Of a DNA stretch of 64,000 nucleotides, positions 37,346 through 50,974 are shown piece after piece (position 1 is the stretch's first letter; each line of letters begins with the position of its first letter). Under the pieces are notes generated by a model that saw only the letters and a list, made by a program, of their open reading frames with translations, was not told the origin of the DNA and ran no database searches. Source of the DNA: Lama guanicoe (taxonomy: Eukaryota); assembly GCA_013239625.1 (NCBI GenBank), contig MU053594.1, positions 838,536 to 902,535 on the forward strand, read 5' to 3'. The position numbers and the translations under genes are program-made.

Positions 37346-40300
37346 TCCCAGAGAGCCAAGGCAATGATCCAAACGTCCGTCTCGAATCTACACGTGGCCA
37401 CTAGGGTGGCGTGTTGAATCAGTAATGAGACCGTGTCTCCGTTGCCTCGGCCTCACGCACTGCCCGCCAGAGTCTATGTCCTCTGACTGTCACAACAAAG
37501 GAAGAACAAACAGGGCAGAATCCAATCACATTTCTGGTGGAGACAAACATTTGGACAGTCCCACGTTCATTCTTTCTTTCCCCATCACATTATGGCTATC
37601 TCTGCACAGCAATTCATCTTTATTTTGAAAAGCCATTAAAACATTTTTTTTCCCCAGTGCTATTTGTTCATGGAGAGTGATGTCATGGGCTCTCTTTCTT
37701 TGTAATTTGGGGAAGAAAAATGGATTCTTCCACCTCCAGCCTCAGTAGCAGTTATTTGGCCAGGAGGGGCGCCGAGGAAGCAATCTTTGCAGATAACAGC
37801 AAACCTTGCTCTCTTTTCCTGCAGCCCAGAGAATGAGCCTGAGCTGGGGTTTTTGATTTTGTTTTTGTTTTGTTTTTTAACAAATACAGGACAAGATGAG
37901 GAAGAAGCTTCAAATGGCGGGAAACCAAGCAGACAAAGGGTTTGCTACACTATCCTGTTTGATATTTTCAGTTCTGCTCACAAAGGCTAAATTACAGTAG
38001 GAATCTGGACCCGTTCCTTTGCAATTGCCTCGTAACACACCATAACCATCTCGGGCGGCTCCTCTTCCCCCCGAGGAACCACAAGTCGTAATTACAGATC
38101 ACACCGAAATAAACCCCATAACTGCGTGTCTGTTTGTTTTACTTACGTGATCCTGACTTCCTAGCATTAACACCCTTGGATTCTGAAAATATCTTGAGCA
38201 GCCGTTCACCTGGCACACGTGCAGATTACACATTGTTCGCAGGAAACAATCCAAGCCAAGGTTCCAGGGAAAAGAGCGGTGCAGGGGATGGACAAATTTG
38301 ACCAGCTGCTCCCTGGCACAGAAGCCCGTGGAGCAGACCCGGCGTACTGCACAGAGTCCAGCCATGGCCCGGCATCTCCACTCTCTCCCTTGGTTCTGCC
38401 ACCTTAAATCAAGGCTCTAGTCCCTGCCGAATGATGGGCAGAGGGGAAGGGGTACAGACAAATAAGAGGTTCTTTCACTGTATCCTCATGCTTAACAGGG
38501 AACGTGGTGACCTTCTCTAAGAGCTTAACATACTGACCACAGTCAACAGTCAGATGGATTCTGTGTATGTTCACCTATGACAAATGCACTAAGTCTTTTT
38601 TTTTTTTAAAGAGCTTTACCCTGATTACAGGATTGATCAGTCTCAGGAATGAGCTGTCTGAGGAAAATAACAGAAGGATGATAAGGAAGCCTAAATATTT
38701 TTGATAGCTCGGCAAGCACACACTTGGCTGTAGGAACACCGTCCAGCAGCCTCTTGTGATACCTGGATCTCTTTCGCTGGCATAGGTTTCATGACAACAG
38801 CATGAAAAATGGGATTCTGACTCCAAGGCAGGAAGGATGTCCACCAACTTAAAAAGAAGGGCAAGGGGAAGGAAGGAAATACTCTGAAGAAGAAATTAAA
38901 CACTTTGAGTTAAGATTTTAAAAACTGATATAAAAAAAACCAAACCAACCCTGTACTGTATCATTTTCGTGTTATAAAATGAAAGTCATTGTCTCTTTGG
39001 AGGCTATGTTCATTCCCTGCCCTCTTTTCTCACGGGTAGTAATAGATTCTCCCTTTCTAACCCGGACTATCTGTGCTGACCAACATCAAGGGTACTTCAA
39101 AGTTCTTGTCCCTCAGTTCTCTTCTCCCTGATATGAAAGTGATGGCAGAACACGCCCGCCAGACGCCCAGCGGGCTCCAGCCACGGGGGACCGACACAAA
39201 CACATTCACAGGACACGGGAGTCGTGTATCTCAGTGGATAAGAACACAGAGTTTAATCCAAATTCTCCAAAAAGCCCTTTGGAGGACCTCTCAGGGAAGC
39301 AGACCAGGCCCAGACAGAACTGATGGTTGATTTAACCTTATAAAAATTCCCTGGGTCAGCAGAGTCCAGGGTGCTCCACCGTGCAATCTGCAGTGAATTC
39401 CTTCCAGAAACCGCACTATATAAGCAGAACCGCCACGACCCTCTTTGTTTGGAGCTGGGACAGCCATCTGCAACTGCAAAAGCAATCATTTTAAGTGCTC
39501 GTGATGGACACCTAGGGCAACCACGGGCACAATAACAGTTTTCAACAGAAAAAAAAAAAAGCCGAATGCCAAGTAGGGTTGGGGCTTTGCAACGGCTGCT
39601 GTTGGCAGAAAATAAAACCAGTTCAGAGGAAGAAATGCTCTGGAGTTTCTCTTCACTGAAGGTCCGTAACACTGGTTGTGCTGGATTCTTTCATAATTTC
39701 TGCAACACTCTACCGTTCCAAGCGAACCCCCCCCCCCCAGTGCAATATCTGGGATGCTGCACTGGTGCCAGGAAAATTGGACAACATAAAAGGGGCCCTG
39801 GGACTTCATGTCTTGCAACTGGAACGGTCCCAGGGAAACTGGGGCAGTTGGTAACCTGGAGTGAAGCAGAAGTAAAGAGGGGGGACAGTCGCCGTCTCTG
39901 AAACACCATTTAGCTTCATGACCACATTCATACTGTCAGCGCCAACGTGGTCAGAGATTGTCCAAGGCCAAGAGCCTGAGCTTGGTGTTCAAAGGCTGCC
40001 TGAGGGAACACAGCGGGGTCTGGCCCTCGTGTGTGACCCCAGGGGCTGATAGAAATCACATCAGCTGCAAACCAGAGCCTCTTGTTGGCCACAGACCCCT
40101 CTCTCAGTACGAGGTACTCCTGGTTCTAGCTACGTGGGATGAGCAGGTGCAGGGAGCATGTTTTAGACACAGTGGGAAGGAGGGAGATGCACGCAGTGGT
40201 AAGCATCAGGACTGATTACCGTTAGGGGACCTTTTAAGATATTTTAAAAATCAGATCACTAGTAGCTTCAACTGGATTTTCTCTTTTAAAATGCATTTAG

Positions 40301-41359
40301 TGGACATAATTCTCTGTTTATATATATAGAAGGGCAGTTAAATTCTTAGCTGTAAAGGCCACCGCAACACACTGCTCTATTTCCTTCAGAACATCTAGTA
40401 CATTTCACCCAGGGGTTTGCTAGCTGCTCAGGGGAATGGTATGGGACAGGTGACTTGAAAACACGTTTAGTACTGTAAACATTTCTGCTATTTGGTATTT
40501 GCCAATTACCAAGTATTCCTCTGTTTCTAATTGATGCCTACACACAAAAGAAGTGCGCTAATAAATTACACACACATTTAAGAAACATACCAAATTTAAA
40601 TATACGAAACACAGATTTTAACTTCTAATGGTAAAATGCAAGATTCCTGACCATCAAATTTGAGAAAATACACTGTCAGTTTTTATAAGTTATCTTGTTA
40701 TGGTTTACAAATAAGCAGCCACCAGCCATTCATAATATTAGAGCCTTAATCTCATGATGCTCCCACAGGCCTCTATATATAATTGACAAAGATTAAATAA
40801 ATCACTCTGTTCAATAAAGGCTCAGGCTCTAACTCAAAAATCCCATCTCACAAAAGGAATTTCGAGGTTCAGTTTTTCAATTGGTGGCATTAATCTCGAG
40901 ATATTAACTGTTGTTAGAAATCTCACATCGTGATTTATTACTGAAAATTAAAACACACTCCAAATACAAACTTGTTGTTTCAGGTAAATAAAGGCACTGA
41001 GCTGTTTACTGTTTTGGGTGATTTTGCTTGCCTTAATCCAACTTGGCAAAAATATGTCCTAAATGGCCTTCATTAACCTAATGAATAGGAGAGGCTTTAA
41101 TCAATTTCACTCACGCGGGGTTCACCGAACATCTATGTGTTGCCTACTTACTCCGCCTCCAGGCACCACGCCCTGAGCCCTGAGATGGCGTAAGAAGCCT
41201 GGCACGTGGCCCTGGGGGGACCCCCGTAATTTGGCTGGTGAAACTGTAACTTTTAGAGACTGTTCTAAAATGCAACCAAGACAATGAAGCGTGCATACAG
41301 ACTGCGTTACTATCACAGGGATAAAGAGCGGGACAAGGGAGAGTAGGATGGGGGGGCGT

Positions 41360-42215
41360 GCACATTTCCTGAACATTCTGTGCCACAGGAGGGGAAGAGT
41401 GTATAAAGCTGCTCTCCTGTGCACAGAAGGATGGCGGCTGCTTGGGGGAGAACACTAGTGCAGCTGAGTTGTGAGCTCAGCTGGCCCCGTTGCTCATGGA
41501 TCACCATTTTCACTCGACATACCTACTAACAGGCAAACCCAGGTTATTCCGACCTGGGATGTTTGAAGATGTTTTCTTCAAAATGAATGAAGTGAGCCTG
41601 TCAATGGAAGGAAAATACTTGGCGGTATCTGGGTCCAATGGTAAAACTCAAGCTTTCAAGAGAAAATCAGCATTTTTGGAAAACCTACACTCATCAACAT
41701 GAACGTTAACAGCCTTCCAACAGTTAAAAACTCTTCAGATGAAATCCTGGTGACATCTACGCAAACAATTATTAAACGTTATATAATAAAATGTGTCAAT
41801 ATTTGGAAGGTCTGCATGACTCAGTGAACCCATCTTTTCTAAATGACCAAGAGATGTAAAAAATCACGCATGAGTAAACGATTCAAAATGCAAGACAAAC
41901 CAAAGAATTTTAATGTAACTGAGCACAGAAAGCTGACCGATACGATTTCAGAATCTACATTTGCAAGTAACTTTAAGAAGCTGCCGCTTGTCAAGTCCCG
42001 GTGTAGTGTTAAAGGGTAGCCACAGTGGTCTTTACAGCCTACTAAAATACTGCTCCCTACACCTCTGTGTGAGGCTGGCTTTTCTTTACTCCGACAAGAA
42101 CAGTATATTACAACAGATTGAATGCAGAAGCAGATATGAGAATCCAGCTGTCTTTTATTAAGGCAGATATTAAAGAGATTTGCAAAAGTGTGAAACAATG
42201 TTGCTCCTCTCAATT
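41360..42215 (+). mobile_element. Charlie1-like hAT DNA transposon fossil (decayed transposase C-terminal region)
   Basis: aaaatgaatgaagtgagcctgtca...caagctttcaagagaaaat...caacagattgaatgcagaagcagatatgagaatccagctgtcttttattaaggcagatattaaagagatttgcaaaa. The ORF at 41490-41702 (FFKMNEVSLSMEGK...QAFKRK) resembles the Charlie/Buster transposase segment IFSKMNEVSLSLQGK...AFKRK. Confidence 0.85.
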
Positions 42216-42959
42216 CAGAAAAATTTTTATTACCATCAGTATGGATTCCTGGAGCCAATATAAGTAAAAGAGCTTCGGGGAATGAACGATTTTTAGGAGT
42301 ATAAAGGAGCCTGGAACCAAAAAGATTAAGAGCTGATGATCTGGAAGCAGATTTCCAAACAACAAAAAACACCACAAAGTGTCTGACTAGTAAGAGTATA
42401 ATGCACCGAGGATACAAGAGAAAAGAGGATGGAAGAATGCATGGCAACGTCTCCAAATACAACCAATAGGAAGACGAAATTGTCACTTACTTGGTTCGTT
42501 TGATGCAAAACTAAAGCTTGGAAGATTTTCAATTTGCGTGTAGGCATCTGCTCAGCAATCGAGTTTGAATGAACTAAATTTCAAATGCTCCAGGGGCTGT
42601 TAGCCCTTGGAGCCCAGCACTGCTCTGCAGGACCCAACGGCGCAAATCAAAGTGCTCCCTGCTTCCGGTTTTTAAGCAGAATAGGCAAGTGGGTCTTATT
42701 TTGCTTGTTTTCCTGTTTGCCTTCATTGCTTCTCTCTAGGGTCATCTTGCAATATGTCTTCCGGGCCGATTAAAAGTGAAAAGGCTCAAACAACAGGCAC
42801 AAATCATGAGTGTCCTGGACACACAAGGACACATGGTCATCTTACTTCCTCCCAGGCCACGACCTTCCAGTCTGCCTGAGGCTCTTCCCTGCTCCCTGTG
42901 GCATCGACCCCCAGCCTTCCACCAGCTCTCTCTCAAGACGATTGTGTCTCCCTTACCAA

Positions 42960-45580
42960 GAGTGCGGAAGACCACCAAACTGTCATGTTTCTCCACCTCA
43001 ACGTTCCCTTTTTTGCCCACGCCTCCCTCTTTCTCTTCCAACTTCTCTTGTTCTCAGAGGAATACGGATGCGAGGCTCTACTCTTCTGTGATCTCTGCTT
43101 AATCCAGCCAGTTCTCTGTTGGCACTCTCTCTTTTTCTCTTCCATATTTTCTCCTTCCAATGAGCCAGAAACACTGGCATCTTGCCATTCTAAAAAGACT
43201 TCAAGATTCTGCTTTCTCTTTTCCTTCCTCTGTCTTCACTTCTCCTGCCCACTTCCTGGTGGATCTCTATTTCAGGGGCCTTTTCCTCCTAACCTGTCAA
43301 CACAGGTGCCCCCAAGATTCTCAACTCAGCCCTCCGCTCTTCCTACCTGCTCATCTGCTCATCTTCCTTTCCTCCAGAGTGTCATCCACACAATTAACTG
43401 TTATTAACTTTCAAATAGATATTCCCAGCACTTGTCTCTTTCTTTAAAGCACTCCCTTTCTTTTCCAATTTCCATCCATGTTTTGTACATCACACCTTCA
43501 GTGGGCAGCTGGTACCCTAAACTCAAATATGGAACACATCATCTCTCTCCCCCTCACCCCAAGTCCCCACTTTCTGTTAATATCACCCTCTCAGTCAGCC
43601 TCCACACTTCCATCATCTTTCATCCTTCTGTTTCCATCTCCTTCACATACATGTTCCTCGCAGTTGTCCTGCTGACTTCTGTGATGAACTCTGAAATGCC
43701 TTCCACATCCACCTCTTCTCTCTCTTCCCACCGCCACTTCCCTATTTGGGACCCATGTGTCACTTGCTCCAACTATAGACCCAGTTTTGTAACCCATCTT
43801 CTTGCCCCTTCTCTTCCCCTCCACTGATCTTCAGAGACACCTTGGCCAGGGGAGGCACTTTGATGATGAACGTGGGGACAGCTCAGAGGAGTCTTAAGAG
43901 GGTCTCCACCAGCAAGCTGAGAGCAGGAGCTGGAGAGGAGCGTGAAGTGGGGAAGGGCCAGAAGAGTTACACCCACTGGATGTCCAACGAGGAGAGAGTT
44001 GGAGGAAGGAGGTGGCCAACAGTAAAGAATGCGACAAGAAGTCATGGACTTGAAATGGAGGAAGGGGCATTTAATTCAGCAGCTGAAGATCACGGTGTCC
44101 TTGCAGAAAGAATTTTTGGTTCCTTAGTGTGGTTGGAGGACCAGCCTCTAGGTTCTCGACTTCCTATGGCCACCACTTCCAGTCTCCTTCAGCAACTCCT
44201 TCTCTAGGTCACATTCTAAGATCTCTTCTTTGATAACCGAAATTCTAACACACAACTCTCTACTGACCACTTCCTAGCCTTTCATTTCCTCCACACTCTC
44301 AGTACCCCCCATACTCAATCTTTGATCTACATGAACCACCTTATGTCACCTACTCTGGGTTCCGCTTGGCTCCACTTTTTTTCCAGTTCAGTCAGTTCCT
44401 GTAGTCCAACACCTCACCACCCTTCCAGCATCCTTCACCCTCTCATCCATATTGTGTGACACCACAGTGCAGAGAAACCCCAGGGTTGAAATGAGGCAGT
44501 ACTGAGGTCCACAGGGCTTGTGGATGGAAACTTCCCAGCCCTGATTGTCCCTAAGATATGAGCACCCATCCTCAGTGGCCCCTCAGCCTCATTCAGCAAT
44601 CCTTCCCCAGGTCATTTTCTTCTTTCTTTCATCCCTTGTAGTAGACACTTTAAACCATCATGTTTGTCCTCATGACGGACAGTTCTGCCCCATCTCTCAG
44701 GAGATGCCTTACCTTCTTGTCCACAAAGAAAGGGAAGCCACCAGGTGTGAACTTGAACTTTCCTCCTTTAATCCCCACAATTAGAACATTTAACTCTGTA
44801 TGTGGGCAGATACACACGTATGTGTACAAGCAGATGTGTGCGTGGATGTACAGTGTATGTGTAAACATAAGTGTGTGTCCACAGGCTCACAGCCATAATC
44901 TACACAATTCTTCAAGTACCCACTCACTGTGCCCAGAATTTTGTAATCCAGTCTCTCATTTAATCTTCTCGCCCTGCTTCTCTTGCTCCCTCAGAGAAGA
45001 TGCATTTCTTTGCATCTGCTTATCTCTGAGAGACCTTGGCCCCTCTTTCCTAGAACTTCATCCTCTTTACCAGCTCATTCCCCTCAGCAGGTCAACACGC
45101 TCAAGTCTTCCATCTGGAAAACCCCAAACCTCTTCCTCAATCACCGCTTCTCTAGAGAGCCCTCTTAGCAGCCAAACTTTTGAAATAATCTTTGTTCGTC
45201 ATAGCCAATTTCTCACATCTCATCTGTTACTCAACCCACTGGAAACGAGAGTCTATTCACATCACTCGGTGACTCCATGAAAAGTGTAACAAGGCTTACG
45301 ACTCCCGCGGGTGCTGTCTGAGGACCCTCTCGGTGTCACACCATTGTGTCAGGTGTCATAAACTTATTTTCTCGTGCAACTCTTCTCAGCATTGACCCTG
45401 ACAATAATTGTTCGGACAATTAATGTGTTTAATGTCTGCCCTCTGACAAAAGAAAGACTGAAAGTTAACTTGGAGCATGAACGTGACTGTTTCTTCCCAT
45501 TTGTGTCCCAAGTCAAAGAACATAGTGGGAACTCAATAAATATTTGCTGACTTAATGACTGAATAAATAATCAAATAATG
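42960..45580 (+). mobile_element. cluster of degraded L2 LINE fragments (mostly plus strand; one inverted piece at ~43850-44140)
   Basis: Strongly C/T-rich plus strand with L2-like motifs (ctcacatctcatctgttactcaacccact). L2 3' tail catagtgggaactcaataaatatttgctgacttaatgactgaataaat at ~45520-45570. Confidence 0.55.
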
Positions 45581-45594
45581 CCTGAAGGTAGCTC

Positions 45595-45705
45595 CTCCTG
45601 TCTCCATTTAATATGAGAAAAGTAGAGCTCAATGTGGTTAAACAACTTTCCCAACGTCACATAGCTAGCACAGTGTAAGAGCCAGGACTCAGACCCAGAT
45701 CTGAT
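45595..45705 (-). mobile_element. MIR SINE fragment
   Basis: tctccatttaatatgagaaaagtagagctcaatgtggttaaacaactttcccaacgtcacatagctagc...agagccaggactcagacccagatctga. Confidence 0.75.
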
Positions 45706-45849
45706 GGAAGCCTGTGCTGGTCCTCCCTCCCCCGCGACCTTCCCCTTCCATTACCCTCACTGCTACCTGTACACGAGACACACTCCCAAACTTACACATC
45801 TTAGCGTCAGATTCATACATACAACTGTCTACCTTAAATTTCCACCCCA

Positions 45850-46735
45850 AAGTCCACCTCTAACAAAACTCAACCCATTACCTTTCCCAACACTGCTCTT
45901 TAACTCATACTCTTAATACTGTCATCATCTACCCAATGACCAAGCCAGAATCCTGGGAAATATCCTCTCCATCACACTTGCTACACACACACACCCCCAC
46001 ACACACTCCCACTCCCACTAACTACTTCTGTCACTTCTCCCTAAACACCTCTTCTATCCATCCTTTCCTTTAAGTCACTACACTGTTGTAGTTTAGCCAC
46101 TTACAAAATTCACCTGGGCTACCAGCAATCTAATCCATCTGGTTTCCTTGCTTCTGGCTTGACCCTCTACAATTCATTCTTCTCTTCGATCAGCGTCATC
46201 TTTATAAAGCACACGTATGATGACGTCACTTCCTTTGCCAACACTCTGCAATGGTGGGCCATCCCAGCTAATGAGATAATCAACCAAAAGCTCCAGAAAT
46301 GGGATATGAAGACCCTGATGGGTTCATTCTGCCTGTGTCCCCAGTCACTCCTCCCACAGGCTCCCTGCCCCAGGCTTGCTGAGATCTTCCCTCCACCATG
46401 CTGCTTCACTCACTGCTGCCTCTGCACATGCTCCCTCTCCGCGAAGGAACACTTCTTCATTACTGTCTTCCTCTTAAACTTCTACACATACTGCAAAATC
46501 CATGTTCTTCAACAGTCTTCCCAGATCCTTAAAACCCTTTTCTAAGCTTCTACTGAACACCATGGTTTCTACACAGGATTGATCACATTATGCATTAATT
46601 ATTTGTTAACTTGCCTGCTTCCTTGCTATGCTGTAAGTTCTTTGAAGGGGGCACCAAAGTCTTTTCATTTTGTTATGCTCAGTATCTAGTATAGTAATGG
46701 GTGTCCAATAGAATTCTGCCGGCTGGATGAATAGA
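45850..46735 (+). mobile_element. L2 LINE 3' region
   Basis: catctacccaatgaccaagccagaatcctgggaaatatcctc...tgatgacgtcacttcctttgccaacactctgcaatgg...ctgtaagttctttgaagggggc...caatagaattctgccggctggatgaat (L2 3' end). Confidence 0.75.
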
Positions 46736-48349
46736 TAGCTTACAAATGCCCTGTATTCCTACAGCTGAGACCCAGCCTCACAGAGAACGGAGCAAAAGCA
46801 CAATCAGCTTGGTTATGAGAGGCCTGATCCACAAGGAGCAGAAACACGTAAAAAGTTATGTTTGCCTGCCACGGCCCCGTGCTTTGAAGGAGAACACGTT
46901 GGAAATACGCATTTTTGAGCATCACACGCTTATTTTTAGAACATATTACACTGACTGGTTTCGCATGTTGGTTTGGAGAAGGGAAGACGTCAAAGCGATG
47001 TGTGGTAGTTGTAGTTCGCATTTGTTAAAAAAGAGAAATGTAAATCTTAACGCCGGAAGCCGAAACTCACAAACGCAGCATGGCGGAAACGCGGCCAGGT
47101 CACACGGAGATCCCTGCAGGCTCTACTTGGATTTTGGCTGCAAAGGCAGGCAGGGCCTGACTGGCACCCCGAGCATGGGCTATGTCAAGGAGCGAGGCCT
47201 AAGCTCTGACCCCGCAGCTCAGAGAGCAGTTAGGCCGTCTCCCGACACGAGTGTGGGATGTCTTCCCACAGCTCATTAAAAAGATGCTTTTGGCTGCTTC
47301 CAATCATTTCTTATCTTTCTCTTGAACGCACTTCAAATCCACACTCAGATGATCTGGTTCTCATGTGTACCCTCTACTGGAATGGGAGGCAGCCAGCACG
47401 TTGCAGGGATGTTTTGCCCAGAGTTAGAGGTGATCAAATATCCGGGGTGTCTCCTCCATCTCCCCCACCTCCCACTCCCTGAGCCCACAGCCCTGCTAAG
47501 GATGCTTTTGCTCTCTGGTGGCCTCTCAACATCTGTTTTCCATCCTTCCCAAGTCAGCCGCCAAGCCTGGTGTGGCTCTGGGCAGATGGGCTCATGGGAT
47601 CCAGCTGTGCTCTCACTGCACTCTGGGGGACAGGACCAGATCACAGTGACTAGTAAGAGTGACTAAGCTGAGGAAGGAGAGCTGCTGGGGTGGCCTGGGT
47701 CTTCCAGCAGAATCCTGACCCTGCATGAAGAGCCTCCCGTGAAAGCTGATGACAGAGTGGAGGGCAAGGATGAAAGGGACTGATACAGATTCCCTTTTCC
47801 CATCATTTCAACTGTATTCAACAGTGGGCTGAGTGTGGGGGTCTCAGAAAATGTGCACCAGTCAGGTAATGGTGTGGCTTTTTCTGCCCAATGCCAAGCT
47901 GACTTAAAAGAGAAAAACTCACAGAACTTGTCAAGCAGTGGAATGTCTTCCGACCACATCCAATGGCCTCGTCACTTTCAGCCTCCCCAGCACGGAGGAC
48001 CTCTTCACTCACGAGCAGTGATTTCGGGATCAAGAAGATGGTCAATTTGATTTGGCTGTAATGTCTCTCTCTTGAGCTCCCACGAGTACTGCCTGACTGG
48101 CCCGCGGCTTTTGCACACTGACAAGGGGCCCTCAGCTTCAGTCTCCCTTTTGCGAGAGTTTTTCTATCTGGGCCCTTTATTTTTCTTATTATTCTCAAGC
48201 TTGTCATCTCAGAGCAGCGATGTGGCTCACGACGTCTTGGGAAGGAGGACCAACACCCTATTTGGCTTTGTTCCTACTTCTCAAATTTTGTGCTCAGTAG
48301 CACATTGTCTTGTTGGTCGTATCCTGCTTGTGTTATTATTGGATCAAGA

Positions 48350-48845
48350 CCAGATCCCTTAACCAGGCATTCAAGACCTTCACAACCTTCTCCCACCTCA
48401 ACTAGCTGGGCTCCTTCCCTGTAATGCCTGCTGGGACACCTCAGCTGCTGGCCTCATTCAACCTCAGACCTGAGTGTTCCATCATCCTTTCCTCCCCACA
48501 CAGAACGTCTTTTCCTAGATTTCTAGCCTGATGACACCCTTATCCTGAATCCATTCAAACGCATCCCAAATCCTTCCTCCACAAAGTCTCCCTAGACTGC
48601 TTCAGTTCACAGAGGTCTCTCTCTTTCTTGATTCCCTACAGTAAAAACTGCCTGACAATTTGGGAACAGAACATATTCCATCTTTTATGCTCTCTGATCG
48701 TCTTTTGCATGTTCATTGTGCCTCTCTAAATGAATGACAAATTCCTTAATGCCAGGGAAAGAGTCACATGACCCTTACCAGCTCCCAGTGCCTAGATCAG
48801 TGCTGCTGCTGTATGAAAGATGCTTAAGAAAGATCTCAGTTGAAT
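48350..48845 (+). mobile_element. L2 LINE 3' fragment
   Basis: ccttaaccaggcattcaagaccttcacaac...aaattccttaatgccagggaa...cccagtgcctagatcagtgct. Confidence 0.6.
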
Positions 48846-49759
48846 CCAGTATAGCAACTTGGATCATAAATGATCTTCTCAACAGGAAAGATCAAGTAAG
48901 CAGCCTTATGTAAGCTCACGACCTCCCAAGTGACTCATCCAGCTTCCGTACAGACAGGACCATACATACAACCACTCATTTGCTGCAGCCAAATGGATTG
49001 ACTTTAAATCAATTTATACTATTACATGCAACTCAAGCCATTTTTTTTCAAAAAGTGCATTTACATTGCTTGATTTCTTAATTCATATTTTCACAACTCC
49101 AGATATATTCATTTAAATTGGTCCTTCTTAAAATTTCAATTTACTTTCATATTTTTTAAATTATTTATTCAGGCTTTACATTTTTTATTTTAAATAAAGC
49201 AGACCTTGAATTGTTTTTCCTTTCAGTACTAAAAAGGTTGAACCAATGGTGCGCACTATGCCTCAGTATTTCCCCCGCCCACTTTCAATCATTCCCAACC
49301 TTTCAAATTCTGACTTTCATGCAAATGCTCCAAATATATGCTTCTCAACTTCATCTTTCTTCTGAGAGTCAATTCCACATTGACGACCAGAATGTCACTT
49401 TTTCAAATAAAACACAGTAAGTCAGCAACTCTGTTTGTATCCCCAAATTCTATTTCCAAGGCTATTTGAAATTTATAATTCACTTTCCATAGAAACTGAA
49501 CTATAAATAGTAATTCAGTTAGTTCTCTGGCTGGGGAACAAAGCTTAGCTAATCCATCTGCAAGGAAAAGTAGCCGAAAGCAATATGGTAACAATATGAG
49601 TAATTAAACGAAGCATTAAGAAGTGAAGGTAAAAAGAAAGTTTACCTTGGTGGTTAATATTTAAAGAAAGCACTTTTACCTAGAGGACAGAGAGACAGAG
49701 ATGGTGGAGGTCGAGAGGACTTCTTTTGGGTACAGTCACCCAGTGCTAAAACCTGCCAG

Positions 49760-50005
49760 GTTTTAGACCTACCTCCTCAGTCCAGTTACCAGTCCTCCTG
49801 ATTCCTCCTTCAGCTCCCCTCTTCTATGTCTCCATTCCCTTCCATCCTCTCTGCCCCTGTCCTCACTCAGACAGTCTCCTCCCTGATCTGGATTATTGCA
49901 ATGGTTTCCTAGTTGATTTCTCTGAGTCCAGTCTCCTCTTTGACATCCATTCTGCATGTGGCATTCAGATTAATCCTTTTTGAACTCTTTCCTGTGTCAT
50001 TGTTC
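49760..50005 (+). mobile_element. L2 LINE fragment
   Basis: ctggattattgcaatggtttcctagttgatttctctgagtccagtctcc...tccattctgcatgtggcattcagattaatcctttt. Confidence 0.7.
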
Positions 50006-50974
50006 TGCTCAACATCTACCCCCATCGAGTCAGAAGAGCATAGGCCTGGCCAAACTTTCTGGGGTGATGCGTACCCTGGTCTTGGAGGAGATTCCCCCAA
50101 AATGGCAGGGTCCACGCAGGGTCCAGTGGAGGAACCACTCCCATCCAGAGAAGTCCAGGCATCCAAATGACCTCTGGGATTCTCGGTAACGAGAGAGCAC
50201 TGGCACCTTTCCTTAAGAAGGGCCTGAACAGTCGATCTGCTCTTGAAGGACAGAAAGTGATGTCCCAGTTTGGTTCCGACATTATTCTCTTAGAGGAGCC
50301 AGAATGCTGAAGCTCTCAGCCGAAAGTGGGAGGATGGGGAGGTGAGACGGTCACCCCTTGGCTTCTGTCTGGTCTTGGTTACCTCTGATCACTCTGATCA
50401 GACCCATTAGTACCACCGACAGAGACGTATCACAGTAAGAAAGAGCGTTTCTGAGACTCTTCTGTCTTCATTTGCACAAAGGAGGCAGTGATGCCCTCCA
50501 CCCCCCCAGCTGCGGTAAGGACTGAGGGAGGTGCTTGAAAGGACCTAAAACACCGTCTGACAGACGCACGCATACACATGGGTGTGCATTAATTAAATCC
50601 GAGATCGGGAGACGCATACGAGCTTTTGGTCAGAGCCTCCAGCTCTCCACCAACCTCCGGCAAATGTTTTCACTTGGATGAACGCCCACCTCATTGACTT
50701 TGGGCTGGAATTCAAGCCGAATCTTGCTGGCTGTCCTACACTCCATCCTGACTCACTAAAAAGAAATAAGTGGGGAAAGGAGCATTACTGGTTTACGATT
50801 CAGACCCCAGAAACACTAAGGAATTAAGACGCTAGCAAGTCCAAATGAGACAGGAAGTCTGCTCTGGTTATTTATAACAAAACAAAACAAAACAAAACAC
50901 CCCAAAACAAAAGCCAAACAAACCAACAAAAAATAACCAGGCCACCAGGCTCTGGATCTGGCCGGCCAGGAGCT

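Noticed and set aside
41839..42486. 215-aa minus-strand ORF
   Set aside because: It is the antisense frame of the Charlie1 fossil and has no protein family resemblance.
44660..45280. 206-aa ORF
   Set aside because: It lies in a C/T-rich L2 field and has low-information composition.
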